From the human T2T-CHM13v2.0 reference genome, Homo sapiens: a stretch of 64,000 bases of DNA. Below the pieces are notes generated by a model. It saw only the letters and a list, made by a program, of their open reading frames with translations, did not search any database and was not told the DNA's origin. Of this stretch, positions 49,361 through 64,000 are shown in pieces. Position 1 is the stretch's first letter; every line of letters starts with the position of its first letter. Made by a program: the position numbers and the translations under genes. The stretch lies in assembly GCF_009914755.1 (NCBI RefSeq), contig NC_060934.1, one strand, 5' to 3'.

Positions 49361-49791
49361 TACTATGGTTTGAGTTTGTCCCCACCAAAACTCATGTTGA
49401 ACTTTGATCCCCAATGTGGCATTGTTGGGAGATGTGCCTGGTGGGAGGTGTTTGGGTCACAGAGACAGATCCCTCATAAATGACTTGGTGCACTCCAGCT
49501 CTCTCATGAGAGTGGATTTAGTTCTCGTGGGAATGTTCCTGCAGGAATGGGTTGTTGTAAAGCCAGGATGCCCCTCAGGTTTTGTCTCTTCCCACGTGTC
49601 CACTCACCATTGAGATTTTCCACCATGTTATGACATAGCAGAAAAAGCCTCCACCAGAATCTGAGCAGATGCTGACACCATACTTTTTGAACTTCCCAGC
49701 CTGCAGAACTGTGAGCCAAATAAACCTCTTTTCTTTATAAATTCCCCAGCCTCAGGTATTCTTCTATAGCAACACTTAATGGACTAAGACA
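49361..49791 (+). mobile_element. MST MaLR LTR with 5-bp TSD AGTAC, splitting a MER81-like hAT element
   Basis: AGTAC at 49356-49360 and 49792-49796; ...GGACTAAGACA end; host begins AGGGTGACCAACC. Confidence 0.85.
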
Positions 49792-50824
49792 AGTACTAAA
49801 ATAAGAAAAATCTCTGCCAAACCAGAACGAGTTAGTCGTCCTATTCTAGCATGTGCAAGCAACGTCCATTTGCATGGCTTTGCTTAATAATTTGCAAGCC
49901 TGACCTATATTCACAGCTCACAGGCTGAGAACACAGTCATCTGCTGTAATTTATATAATCTTGTGACAACACCTGCCAAAAATCATATTAAATGGCTTGT
50001 GACTTTTCTTGATCCTCTTCCAGCCTTTGACACAATATATAAGGAAAAATATGAACTATCCTGCTTGTAATTTCCAGTGGGTAAAACAAAGATGTGTCCT
50101 GGATCCTTTTATTTTTAACTTGAAACCATATTGAGATATCCCATTAGTTTGCTTTCCTACTGACCCACATAACTGTTAGGCACAGTGCAGGCTATTGACC
50201 AGTGTCAGCTACAAAGGATCAGTATCTGTGCCCTGCAGGTTGTTGTATACGGTAGGGCCCCGCCACCCTGCTCTGCAGTGGAACACAGAAGGTCAGGCAT
50301 TCTCTCAGATGCAAATAACCTGATGTGGGTATCATGGACTAGGAGTAGTTTTAGTAGACAATGAATACTGCTATCTAATGACCTCCAGAAACAAGGGCTA
50401 CCAAATCTGGATCTGAAATAATCATTTTAATGGAAATCCCCCAAATTTAGGGAGATTTATAGGAAATAATGATAAACAATAAATCATTTAGTTACTTTGG
50501 GTGCACACTTCACAACCAGTTTTAACAGGGCTTATTGCTCAAAATTAGATGGACCGCAGGTATGTGTGTGTGTGCACATGCCTATGTGTATGTGTAGCCA
50601 AACAAGATATATAGTTACATGCCTGCTTTACATTTTTCCTGGGCTATTTTTATTGCCATTGCATTTTATGATGTGGAATTGTAGGGAATCAGTTACCCAT
50701 TCATTGCCCTGTTAGGGAACTCTCAAATTTCCTCCTGAAGAGAATCTTGGCTCTGCCTGCAGGGACTCCCCTGATGCACTTTGGAGGGGATGTGGGTTGG
50801 CCTTCTCTTCAGAAACACGTTGAC

Positions 50825-50839
50825 TTTCCTCTTTCTTTC

Positions 50840-50906
<67 letters not shown>

Positions 50907-50948
50907 CTCCTTCTTTCTCTCTCTGTCTTTTTCTTTTTTCTTTTCTTT
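50825..50948. repeat. (TTTC)n microsatellite grown from the retrocopy poly(A) tail
   Basis: Tandem TTTC immediately 3' of the RPS12 copy. Confidence 0.95.
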
Positions 50949-50949
50949 C

Positions 50950-51266
50950 CATGTGTGAGGCAAAGATTTATTTCTTCATTTCTTGCATTTGAAGTACTGT
51001 TCGATGACATCCTTGGCCTGAGACTCCTTCCATAGTCCTTAACTACTGCACAACTGCAACCAACCACTTTACAGGGTTTCCCCTCTCTGTCAATTGTACA
51101 GGGGCCTTCCCATTCCCCTAGTTTCTTGTCGTCGTCACCCTTGATTAGGTTGATTTGGTGTTCAGCACAATGGGCCTTCACCAACTTGACATACATAGGC
51201 TTATCACAGTTGGATGCAAGCACACAAAGGTGGGCTTGGCGCTTGGCGGCAGCAGGGAAAGAGAGG
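50950..51266 (-). pseudogene. RPS12 processed pseudogene, internally deleted and frameshifted
   Basis: [32 protein letters not shown]...VVGCSC.VVKDYG matches RPS12; intronless; 1-nt deletion near 51030; TGA 50978-50976, AATAAA 50972-50967, A-rich tail. Confidence 0.95.
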
Positions 51267-52067
51267 AATGTTCTTTCTGGTGCATGAGTTTTCATACGAG
51301 GATCTATGTCAAGCCACAGCTCAGTTTGTTATTAAGGTATATGGCTCGTCTCTTAATTGGCAATGGAAAGTTCCAGCATTCCAAGTAGAATCTCAACCTC
51401 AGAGCCACACTATACTTTTCAAAAGCTTGGCTAAGAGAAATGCTACTCGTGGATAAGTGCCTGGAGAGTGCATGCTGTATTCAATCCTCTGGACAAATAT
51501 TCTTAAATCTATTACCAATTTAGCCAGAGCCATGAACCTGTGAGCTTGACTGCTTCCCACTGACTCCTTGAAGAATGACTTTTAATGCTTTGTGCTTTGG
51601 TTGAGGGACATGATACACATTATACAAAGCATGGTTTTGAACACTGATCCCCAACTGTTGCAGGGATATTGTTGAGGATGTGGCTTCTCTATGAAGCCTC
51701 TCTATGAACACCTAGAGGAGAATATGCTCTTTGGTCCTCAGTATCTGGAATAGTTGTGCTTTTTCCTAGCAACCTGCAAATATTCTGGATCTCATAATGT
51801 GTCATATATCCCTCTCCCCATCAGCAGCTAGGGTCTTAGAGCCAAATCAGTGAACAACCATGAGGCCACACAAAGAGGACTAATCACAGTTGGTGAGGTA
51901 GAATCAGAGCCTGGGGTATAGGCAAGACACCGTAGTGGCTCGATCTGCCATGGGCAGATCCAGATGTTGAGTGTCAGGGAACCCCCTCCCTAGGGGAGGG
52001 TTTGCAATGAACATGGATCCTCCAAACCACCCTAATGCAGGTGCCTGTAGGCCATCACTGCCTCTGA

Positions 52068-52104
52068 GGGTTAGGGTTGGGGTTAGGGTTAGGTACGTTA
52101 GGGT
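52068..52104 (+). repeat. Short degenerate interstitial telomere-like repeat
   Basis: GGGTTAGGGTTGGGGTTAGGGTTAGGTACGTTAGGG. Confidence 0.8.
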
Positions 52105-54214
52105 GATGACATGGCACACCTGGTCCTATACCTATACCCTTCTCTCCAGCTCTCTATCCTTTACTAACACACATGGATGGCATTGTTGGGAGCAGCAGGA
52201 ACTGCATGTGAGTCAAATGCCATGTGCTTTCCATTGTTTCAGCCATCACAGTCCCCAGGGGTAGGTACATTCACACCCCAAAGTTCACTTCTATTATGTC
52301 AGCCAGGGAAGCAGTATACTAGACATTAGCAGTGTGGGCTCTGGAGTCAGGGGGCCAGTTTCAAATCCTGCCTCCATCTCTCACTAACTGAGAGGCCTTG
52401 GTTGAGACATTTAGTCTCTTTATCTATAAAACAAGAATAAAACACTGCTTACAAACACTGCTGTGGCAGGAAACACATTACATAACCACTGTGAACCATT
52501 TAGAACAGAGCTTAACCCAGCAATAAATGCTACAAATAAATATATTGTGGTGGTGAAGACTTTGGTTTTTGGAATTGAATACACCTGGGTTCAAATTCCA
52601 TCTCTTCCAGGATCAACTGTGAAAACTTGGGCAAGTTTCCAACTTCATTAATCCTCACCTTTTCCAACTGCAAAATGGGGCAAATAGTGCATACAAAACT
52701 CATGGTCCACTGCTTGAGATGAAGTGTGTGCTCCATAAGTGATAGCTTTAGCCACTTGTTATTTTACTGCTATACCAGAGAGAATGCAGCTCAAGCTAAA
52801 CAGGCAAGAGGGAATGTCTAAGGTGATTCTGCAGAGCTGCCAACCCTATGCAGCAACTGACCTCCATCTCCAACACATGGTAGTAACAGCTACTTAAATG
52901 GATTGTGTTCTATGTTCTAGGCAATGACCTGAGAGTTTTTATATTTTTGTTTTACCTGGGACTAGGTATGGTGGATCTCAATATTTTGGGGGCCACAAGT
53001 ACTGTATCAGACTGGTTCCAATCAAGGGATAGAAACCACAAGTGGTTCATGCAATGGAAGTTTAATATAAAGAATTATTCAGCTATGATAAAAGAGCAAC
53101 TATATGATGCAAAGAGAACCTTATAGGGCTACTCTCCCTACAGGTGGAGAAGAGTACCCAAGAAGGACAAGCTTGGAATGGGGCCCCCTCCCCAGGCTGG
53201 AGATCAGACATTGTTGGAGAAGGTATCATTGCAGCCCCCTACATAGCAGAGAGATTTGCTGAGTTGCATAGTCTAGAGCTGGTTGCAATTATTGGACAAG
53301 CAGGAAACAAACCTCCACAGCCCATGCGAGCCACACTGCTGGGTTGAGTGTATGAGCATGTAGAATGATTGGGTCTCCAGTGCGGACAGAAGGCATGGAT
53401 CGCGTGGTGCCTGTGTTGGGAGGATACTAAGAGGGCGATCACCATGCCAGGACAAGACTAGTTGCCTGGGATCTTCTGGGCACGTGACTGGAGCAGAGTA
53501 CCACTGGATCTCCTCACACCAGCCAGACCCAGGAAGAGAAGCTCCTTTCACCTGCACTGTTCTCTCAGCACCCTCCACGGAGAAAGCTTCATGTTATGCT
53601 TAGTGTACAGGAGAAATGCTCATGGGAATCCTGTCCATTATCACAGAGCAGGTATTAGTGGGTGAATATGGAGCTGAGAAGTAATAAGTTGTAACTGGCA
53701 TAGATATCATGGGGATATTTGAAGAACGCTGTGAACACATATGCATGGGTCCATGTATTCATGAGTGTGCACATATGTGTAATTATTCATACAATTCATG
53801 GTGGATACTACTTCGAGGGTGTTCACAGACCCCAGGCAGAGAGCGCCTGGAGGGAAAATTATCCAAGGCAGGCCCATTCATAGTTCCAGGACAGCCAGAA
53901 GAAAGCCTCCGTTAAGCACCAGAAGTCTCCGGGGCAGGTGGGGCCAGGCAGCATGAAAGAATTGGCCGCAAGAGTTCCAAACCCTGTCCCAATTATGGAG
54001 GGTGACTTTTCTTTGTCCTCCTTCTCCATTCCCTTCCATATTGCTCATGCATCCAAAGGGAGACCTGAAGACTCTCTAGCAGGGCAAGGCCATTTTCTTT
54101 TGGCATTTTTCTCTCCCCAGAGTCTAGCTGATTATCAGCTTAGACACACAGCAGGCTATGTGCTGTGAACAACAGGCATCCTGGGTTATTTTACAAACTC
54201 ATGGATAGTCATTT

Positions 54215-54886
54215 TGAAACCACCTTTGCAAAATTGTGACTGAAACAGTGAAAGAGAGCTAACTTAACCAGCTCCATCTTGTTTCTAACCTCCAAGCTGT
54301 CTTTGTTCATTCCTGGGCGTAGGCTGAACTAACTTTGGGAGAAACTTAGTTTGTAGTTATAGTTTAAACAAAGACTGTGACAGCCCTTTCCCAATGCAGA
54401 CCTCCTTCTTGTCTGGGGACTAGACTAACATTAGCCACAGGATTAGAAATTACGGTTTAGGAGTCACGCAGCTGGAGGCTACAAGATTCTGACCCTCCCT
54501 AAACTGCTTCTAAGATCAGTGCTTGAGACATGTTGCAGACCCCGCACTTGCTGGATCAGCTGACGCCACACAGATGGATAAACTGCCTCGTCTGATCTTG
54601 TGGCCCCCACCCGGGAACTGACGAAGCGCAAGAAGACAGCTTCGACTCCCTGTGAGTTCATCCCTGACCAACCAGCACTCCTGGCTCACTGGCTTCCCCC
54701 TACCAAGTTATGCTTAAAAATTCTGCTCCCCGAATTCTCGAGGAGACTGATTTGAGTGATAATAAAACTCCAGTCTCCCGCACAGCCGGCTCTGCGTGAA
54801 TTACTCTTCTTCTATTGCAATTCCCCTGTCTTGATCAATCGGCTCTGTCGAGGCAGCAGGCAAGGTGAACCCCTTGGGTGGTTACA
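54215..54886 (+). mobile_element. LTR8 (ERV1) solo LTR with 4-bp TSD ATTT
   Basis: TGAAACCACCTTTGCAAAATT start, GGTGGTTACA end; ATTT at 54211-54214 and 54887-54890; AATAAA at 54761. Confidence 0.9.
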
Positions 54887-55084
54887 ATTTTGCTCCTTCA
54901 ACAAAACTCCAAGTTCCTCTTTGATAGTGGCAAACACCAGTTGCCGTATTTTCTACTGTTACTGGCACAAAAAGTCCCTGTTCACAGCCCTGCTGGACGT
55001 AAGGGCCCAGGTGCTAAAAAGTTACCCCCCACCTCACCCCAGCCTCATCAGCGGGGCTGGATACTGGCAGTGGGCAGAGGAATG

Positions 55085-55798
<714 letters not shown>

Positions 55799-57420
55799 TA
55801 GATTCTCAAAAAATGTATGACACATGAGTGGGACTTTCTGCCTCCATCCCACATCTGCCAGAGTAAGGAGAGAGTCCAGGAGCTAGGAGTATTCAGGGTA
55901 AGACTCCCCCTCCCTCGGCCACATTGTCATTGTCAGAGTGAAGAAGGCCCCTGGAACTCCATGTGTTCCTGGCAATCCCTCCTTCCTCCCCCACCATAGA
56001 CACCCCCCAACATCGTTATTTTCCCTGAGAGCATCAGGACCCGTCTTCTTAGGGCCTTTATCTCGATATGCATCAGTCACTCCAAGAAGCTCAGGCCCCT
56101 AAGTCATCCCTTCCCTTATCTCCTAGGCCTGAGTCCACATATAGCTCTATGTGGCTCTCTCCACCACTCTCTAGCCTTCATTTTTCCCCTTAGCACATAC
56201 ATCACCTGACATACAATGCATTTGACTGACTTATTTCTTAGTCTCCCCTGATTGAGGGTGGGGTGTTCTGTCTCTCTTGTTTGACCACTATACCCCCAGG
56301 ATCTACAAGGTGTCTGGCATGTAGCAGGGACTTAATAAACGTGGGTTGAGGAATGAATGAACAAACAAAAGCATCTTTAGTGTCCTCTGTTCTCTGGACC
56401 TCAGGCTCCACTGCAGCCTAGTTAGTCTTGATCTTCAGGCCTAAACAAGGCCCAAACCACAGGCCTGCTTCCATACTGGCTTATCCCACCTATCTAGCAG
56501 TTTCCCAGGCTGGGCTTTGGAGACAGGTGGGCTTGGATTTGAATCCTGGCTCTGCATTATGAGGCTTTTAACACCCCATTTTCCTTATGTGTAAAACCAG
56601 AAGGATGCCTAACTCCCAAGAATATGGTAAGTGAATTAAATGGAAGGTGTGTGTAAAGAGCTCAGCACAACTCCTCCAACACAGTAAGTGCACAATAAAT
56701 GTGGCCATGAGGGAGGCAATAGGGCAGGGTGAGGAGGAGCAACAGGCTTCCTCTGGTGACATCTCCTACGAGTTGGTAGAGGAAACCTGGCGCACTGTGC
56801 ACAGTGGATTCTGGTCAGGCCCTGAGCTCAAGGGGAAAGAATCCCATGATTGATTACTGATGTCTGTCATGCACGTGCGGGCCGGGTGACAGGGTAGGGT
56901 GAAAGAGAGTAGCAGCCCCAAGCCATACGTTTGCCATCCTGATCTAGAATTTCCACCATTGCTCCTTTTCTTGTGCATGTCTTGACTGTTTTTAAGGGTG
57001 AGAGCTCCCCTGTTTTCAACAGCTCAGTTCTGACTCCGTAATTTCTCACCCACCCCAGCCCTGAATGGTGCAGTCTGCTCCTCTGAGCCCCAACACTCTT
57101 TTCTCTGCTGTTCCTTTATTATTTACCATGTAGCATTTTGGTTTTTAAAAATCTTTCTGGCCTCCTTTCCACACATATAGGCAGAACATGCCTTCAGGGT
57201 AGATTTCACCTTAGAGAACTAACGCAGGAAAGTGCACAGAGTTGCAAATCAGAAAATCTGAACTTGTTGTGAATTTGAGCTCATCGCTTTGCCTTTTGGA
57301 GTCTGTTTCCCCAGCTGAAAAGCAGAGCCCTAAGATGGCTTTGCAGCCCATGGTATCCCAGGGCTGTGGTGAGAATCAGCATTTCACTGGGCTCTGTGGA
57401 GAGGAAAAGCTTTCATGTCT

Positions 57421-57722
57421 GGCCAGTCGCGGTGGCTCACGCCTGTAATCCCAGCACTTTGGGAGGCCAAGGTGGGCGGATCACCTGAGCGTCAGGAGTT
57501 CAAGACCAGCCTGGCCAACATGGTAAAACCTCATCTGTACTAAAAATACAAAAATTAGCCAGGCATGGTGGCGGGCGCCTGTAATCTCAGCTAAGCAGGA
57601 GGCTGAGGCAGAAGAATCGCTTGAACTCACGAGGCAGAGGTTGCAGTGAGCTGAGATTGCGCCAGTCTACTCCAGCCTGGGTGACAGAGTGAGACTCCAT
57701 CTCAAAAAAAAAAAAAAAAAAA
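57421..57722 (+). mobile_element. AluS with degenerate TSD AAAAGC.TTCAT
   Basis: Alu consensus, poly-A. Confidence 0.92.
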
Positions 57723-58031
57723 GCGTTCATATTCTCATTGCATGTCCATGTACCCCCTCCTGCCACCAGGTCTCAAACTGGAGCTTCTGCAGATGCTCAA
57801 GATGCTTTTTCAGCAAGGGGGTAGTAGGATGAGGCTTCCAATGGGAGCAGTGGGCATTTGGCAGGCATTGACAACAAGCAGAGTTCGGAGAATGGAAAAG
57901 AAAAACCAACTTTTCTCGCCTTAAACCGGCAATTGCAAAGTTGAGAGCTAGGAAAGCTAAATGCTGCCACCTGCCGGTCATTTTCTACGTTAGCAGCATC
58001 AAAGTAAACAGTTTTATAAAGCTCTTGTTTA

Positions 58032-59736
<1,705 letters not shown>

Positions 59737-60429
59737 TTAAATTCAGTAAAGACCCAGAGGGAGGAGGTGGCATTTACTGAGCACCTCCTGTTTATAAGGA
59801 ACTGTCTTCAAGTGTGCCATGGGTACAGACATAAATTAGCACCGGATATTGCTGATAAAGAGAGCACAGATTCCAGAGAGCCAAGGCTGCCTCTCAATGA
59901 CTACATGCCTTAGGTTCACCCTTCAACCTCTCTGAACTTCAGTTTTCTCAACAGGTAGATGGACCAGGGTGCCCTCTAAGGATCCCAAGGAAGGGCCTTA
60001 AAAGATGAAGAGGATGTTGACAGACAGTTACTGAGAAGGAAAAGAGGAGGGCATCCTATGCAGACAAAGAGGAGGGTTTCAAGGGAAGTCCTGACATGTG
60101 TCTCCTTCCCTCGTCCCCTTGTTTGTGAAGCCGAAGGGTAAGTTCCTGATCTTTAAGCGCCTGTCCACCTGTGACTTCTGGTCAAGGGAAGGGACAGAGG
60201 AGTTGGAAAGACTTCTTGAAGGAAGAATGAAACAAACACCTGTGTTGTAGGATCCACCAACTTTAAGAAATGGAACCATGTAATTACCTTTAAAGTATTC
60301 TATAATTTATTTACACATTATTGTATATTTTGTTTACAACATTCTACTGTTGATGGACATTTAAATTATTTCCCATTGTCTCCAGGTTTATTTGTTTTTC
60401 TGGCTTGGACATCCATATGCATACATTTT

Positions 60430-60600
60430 TTCTTCTTCTTCTTCTTCTTCTTCTTCTTCTTCTTCTTCTTCTTCTTCTTCTTTTCTTTTCTTCTCCTTCT
60501 CCTTCTCCTTCTCCTTCTTCTTCTTCTTCTTCTTCTTCTTTTCTTCTTTTCTTCTTCTTCTCCTTCTCCTTCTCCTTCTCCTTCTTCTTCTTCCTCTTTC
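60430..60600. repeat. (TTC)17 plus (TTCTCC)n polypyrimidine tract at an Alu tail
   Basis: Seen directly. Confidence 0.97.
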
Positions 60601-60910
60601 TTTTTTGTTTTTGAGACAGAGTCTGTCTCAAAAGACCCTGAGACTGTCACCCAGGCAGGGGTGCAGTGGCATGATCACAGCTCCTTGCAGCTTTGACCTT
60701 CTGGGTTCAATCGCTCCTCCCCTCTCAGCCTCCTGAGTAGCTGAGACTGCAAGCATGTACCACCATGCCTGACTAATTTTCGTATCTTTTTGTAGAGGCG
60801 AGATTTTGCCACGTTGCCCAGGCTGGTTTTGAACTCCTGGGATCAAGCAATCCTCCCGCCTCAGCCTCCTAAAGTTCTGAGATTACAGGCATAAGCCACT
60901 ATAACCAGCC
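60601..60910 (-). mobile_element. AluJ
   Basis: Alu consensus with AluJ features. Confidence 0.88.
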
Positions 60911-61058
60911 ATGCATGCATTTCTGTCAATTACATACCCAGGGATGAAACTCTTGGATTGTAGAGGGTGTACATTTCCAACTTTATAGATCATCACGATT
61001 TGTTATCCAAAGAGGTTGCACTAATTTAAACTCGTGTCAAAAGTATGTGAGTTCCTAT

Positions 61059-61616
61059 TGTTACAGGTAGCTAGTCAGGCATGAGCAGGGCAGGAGAGGG
61101 CTCGACCCCCACCCCCCCACCAGTAATGTCACCAACCATCAGGCAATTGTTAAACTGTCTCTAATAATGGGTCGCAGCCTGCACCAGGGAAAGGCCGTCT
61201 CCTAATAGATAGAACAAACTTGAAACTGGTGATCAGCAGCTTCCCGATAAGATCTCAGGAGTTGGGTGAGTGGGCTCAAGCATGCACACTAAGAGGCAAA
61301 ATGGTGGAGTTTAACTTCTAGGGACATTCACCTGGTAGGGGAAGAATGCCTCAAGTGAGCATGCACACAACTCCAGTAAACACACTGCGTGCTCACCGCC
61401 CAACTGCTAGCAGACCACTGCACACGTGGACAGACCACTGCACACGTGGACAGCCCACTCCCAGGGAAGAATCAGGGGAGAAGGGATGTACAACCCTGGA
61501 ACTATGTCAACAGATAAAACCCCAAGTCAAAGGTCAAACAGTGCACTTGATCTCTCAAGTCGCCCCCTGGCCCTCTTCCAAGTGTACTTTACTTCCTCTT
61601 AGTCCTGCTCTAAAGT

Positions 61617-61649
<33 letters not shown>

Positions 61650-62085
61650 TGAGAGGGAGTCTTGCTCTGTTGCCCAGGCTGGAGTGCAGCGGTGCAATCT
61701 CAGCTCACTGCGAACTCTGCCTCCCGTGTTCAAGTGATTCTCCTGCCTCAGCCTCATGAGCAGCTGGGATTACAGGTACCTGCCACCATGCCCAGCTAAT
61801 TTTTTTTTTTTTTGTATTTTTAGTTGAGATGGGGTTTCACCATGTTGGCCAGACTGGTCTCAAACTCCTGACTTATGTGATCTGCTCGCCTCGGCCTCCC
61901 AAAGTGCTAGGATTACAGGCATGTGCCACCGAGCCTGGCCTAGTTTTTTAATAAACTTTCACTTCTGCTCTAAAACTTGCCTTGGTCTCTCATTCTGCCG
62001 TATTATGCTGTTGGTCAAATTCTTTCTGCTGAGGAGGCAAGAATTGAGGTTGCTGCAGCCCCCTAGGGATTTGCCACCAGTAACA
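61059..62085 (+). mobile_element. MER50-like ERV1 solo LTR (TSD CTAT) interrupted by an antisense Alu with a (TTG)n tail (~61618-61940)
   Basis: TGTTA...TAACA termini; CTAT at 61055-61058 and 62086-62089; GGCATGAGCAGGGGCAGGAGAGGG motif. Confidence 0.82.
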
Positions 62086-62625
62086 CTATGATTCACTGGA
62101 AAGGCTTGAAATTGTCAGATTTTTAAAGGTTTGCTAATACAGTGGGGTAAAATGGTGTCTTACTGAGTTTTCACTTATTTTTAATACAGATGAATTAATG
62201 TATGGGGCAGGGGAGAGTCAGTGATTTCCCAGCCTCCCAATGGGGTATAGAAGCTGACATACCATTTTTCACAGGGTAAGGAGGAGATAGGGAATGTAGA
62301 CAATTCTTTTGAGGGGCAGCAAGTGATGGTTAGGGAGAATGATCAACCCAGGAGACAGAAATTAACTGTAAATGATTCGCTTTGGAATTGGAGCCTGAGA
62401 GGCAGGCATTATGTTATGGAAAAGACCATCCATCCATGTGTGGTTGCATTCTTCACTCTTCTTTTCATTTCCCAGCTTCTAGGATGTCCCAGTGTCTTCC
62501 CTGTGGATCTCCCAGTACCTGCAGGTCACAGAGTAACACAGGCTGTGGCAGAGTCACCTGGGCCTCCCAGAGCAGGGAAGACCAAGCACTGGACACCAAA
62601 TTTTTCCACAATTAAAAATACACAT

Positions 62626-63360
<735 letters not shown>

Positions 63361-63493
63361 TTAAATATATATCCTAGAAACAACTCCCTTATCAATTATG
63401 TGTATTGTAAATCTTACATCCCATTCTGTAGCTTGCCCTTTTACCTTCTTATAGTGTCATTTGAAGAATAGAAGTTTTTAATTATAATATAAC

Positions 63494-64000
<507 letters not shown>

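Noticed and set aside
50723-51295. 190-aa ORF as a novel RPS12 fusion protein
   Set aside because: Frameshifted pseudogene reading into the (GAAA)n tail; several substitutions at conserved residues; no promoter evidence
60344-60736. Poly-Glu/Arg/Lys/Leu/Phe/Ser ORFs
   Set aside because: Translations of the TTC microsatellite

Overview
Human genomic DNA, recognised from the encoded protein as the ANXA11 locus (10q22.3). The minus strand carries the 5' part of annexin A11. It has a CpG-island non-coding exon 1 (~40456-40660), a 49-nt 5'UTR exon derived from an antisense ancient L1 (11188-11236), and six coding exons (7888-7942, 5881-5996, 4050-4439, 2348-2435, 2012-2106, 1206-1319) encoding residues 1-286; the gene continues beyond position 1. 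A divergent two-exon lncRNA, probably LINC00857, lies on the plus strand (~42.8-54.8 kb) and ends at the poly(A) signal of an LTR8 solo LTR. Its intron holds an antisense RPS12 processed pseudogene. The rest is dense interspersed repeat (Alu, L1, L2, MIR, MaLR/ERV LTRs, Tigger/MER DNA transposons, microsatellites). I found no evidence of a new protein-coding system. The most interesting signals are unusual ANXA11 splice sites (a GC donor, a GAG-TAG tandem acceptor that could insert a stop exactly after the low-complexity domain, and a UG tract on a donor), an RPS12 retrocopy whose TOP 5' end is fused to the mid-CDS, inverted Alus that share private mutations, and two apparent templated insertions inside old transposons. 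Repeat family names come from recognising consensus sequences by eye, and most repeat boundaries are approximate.
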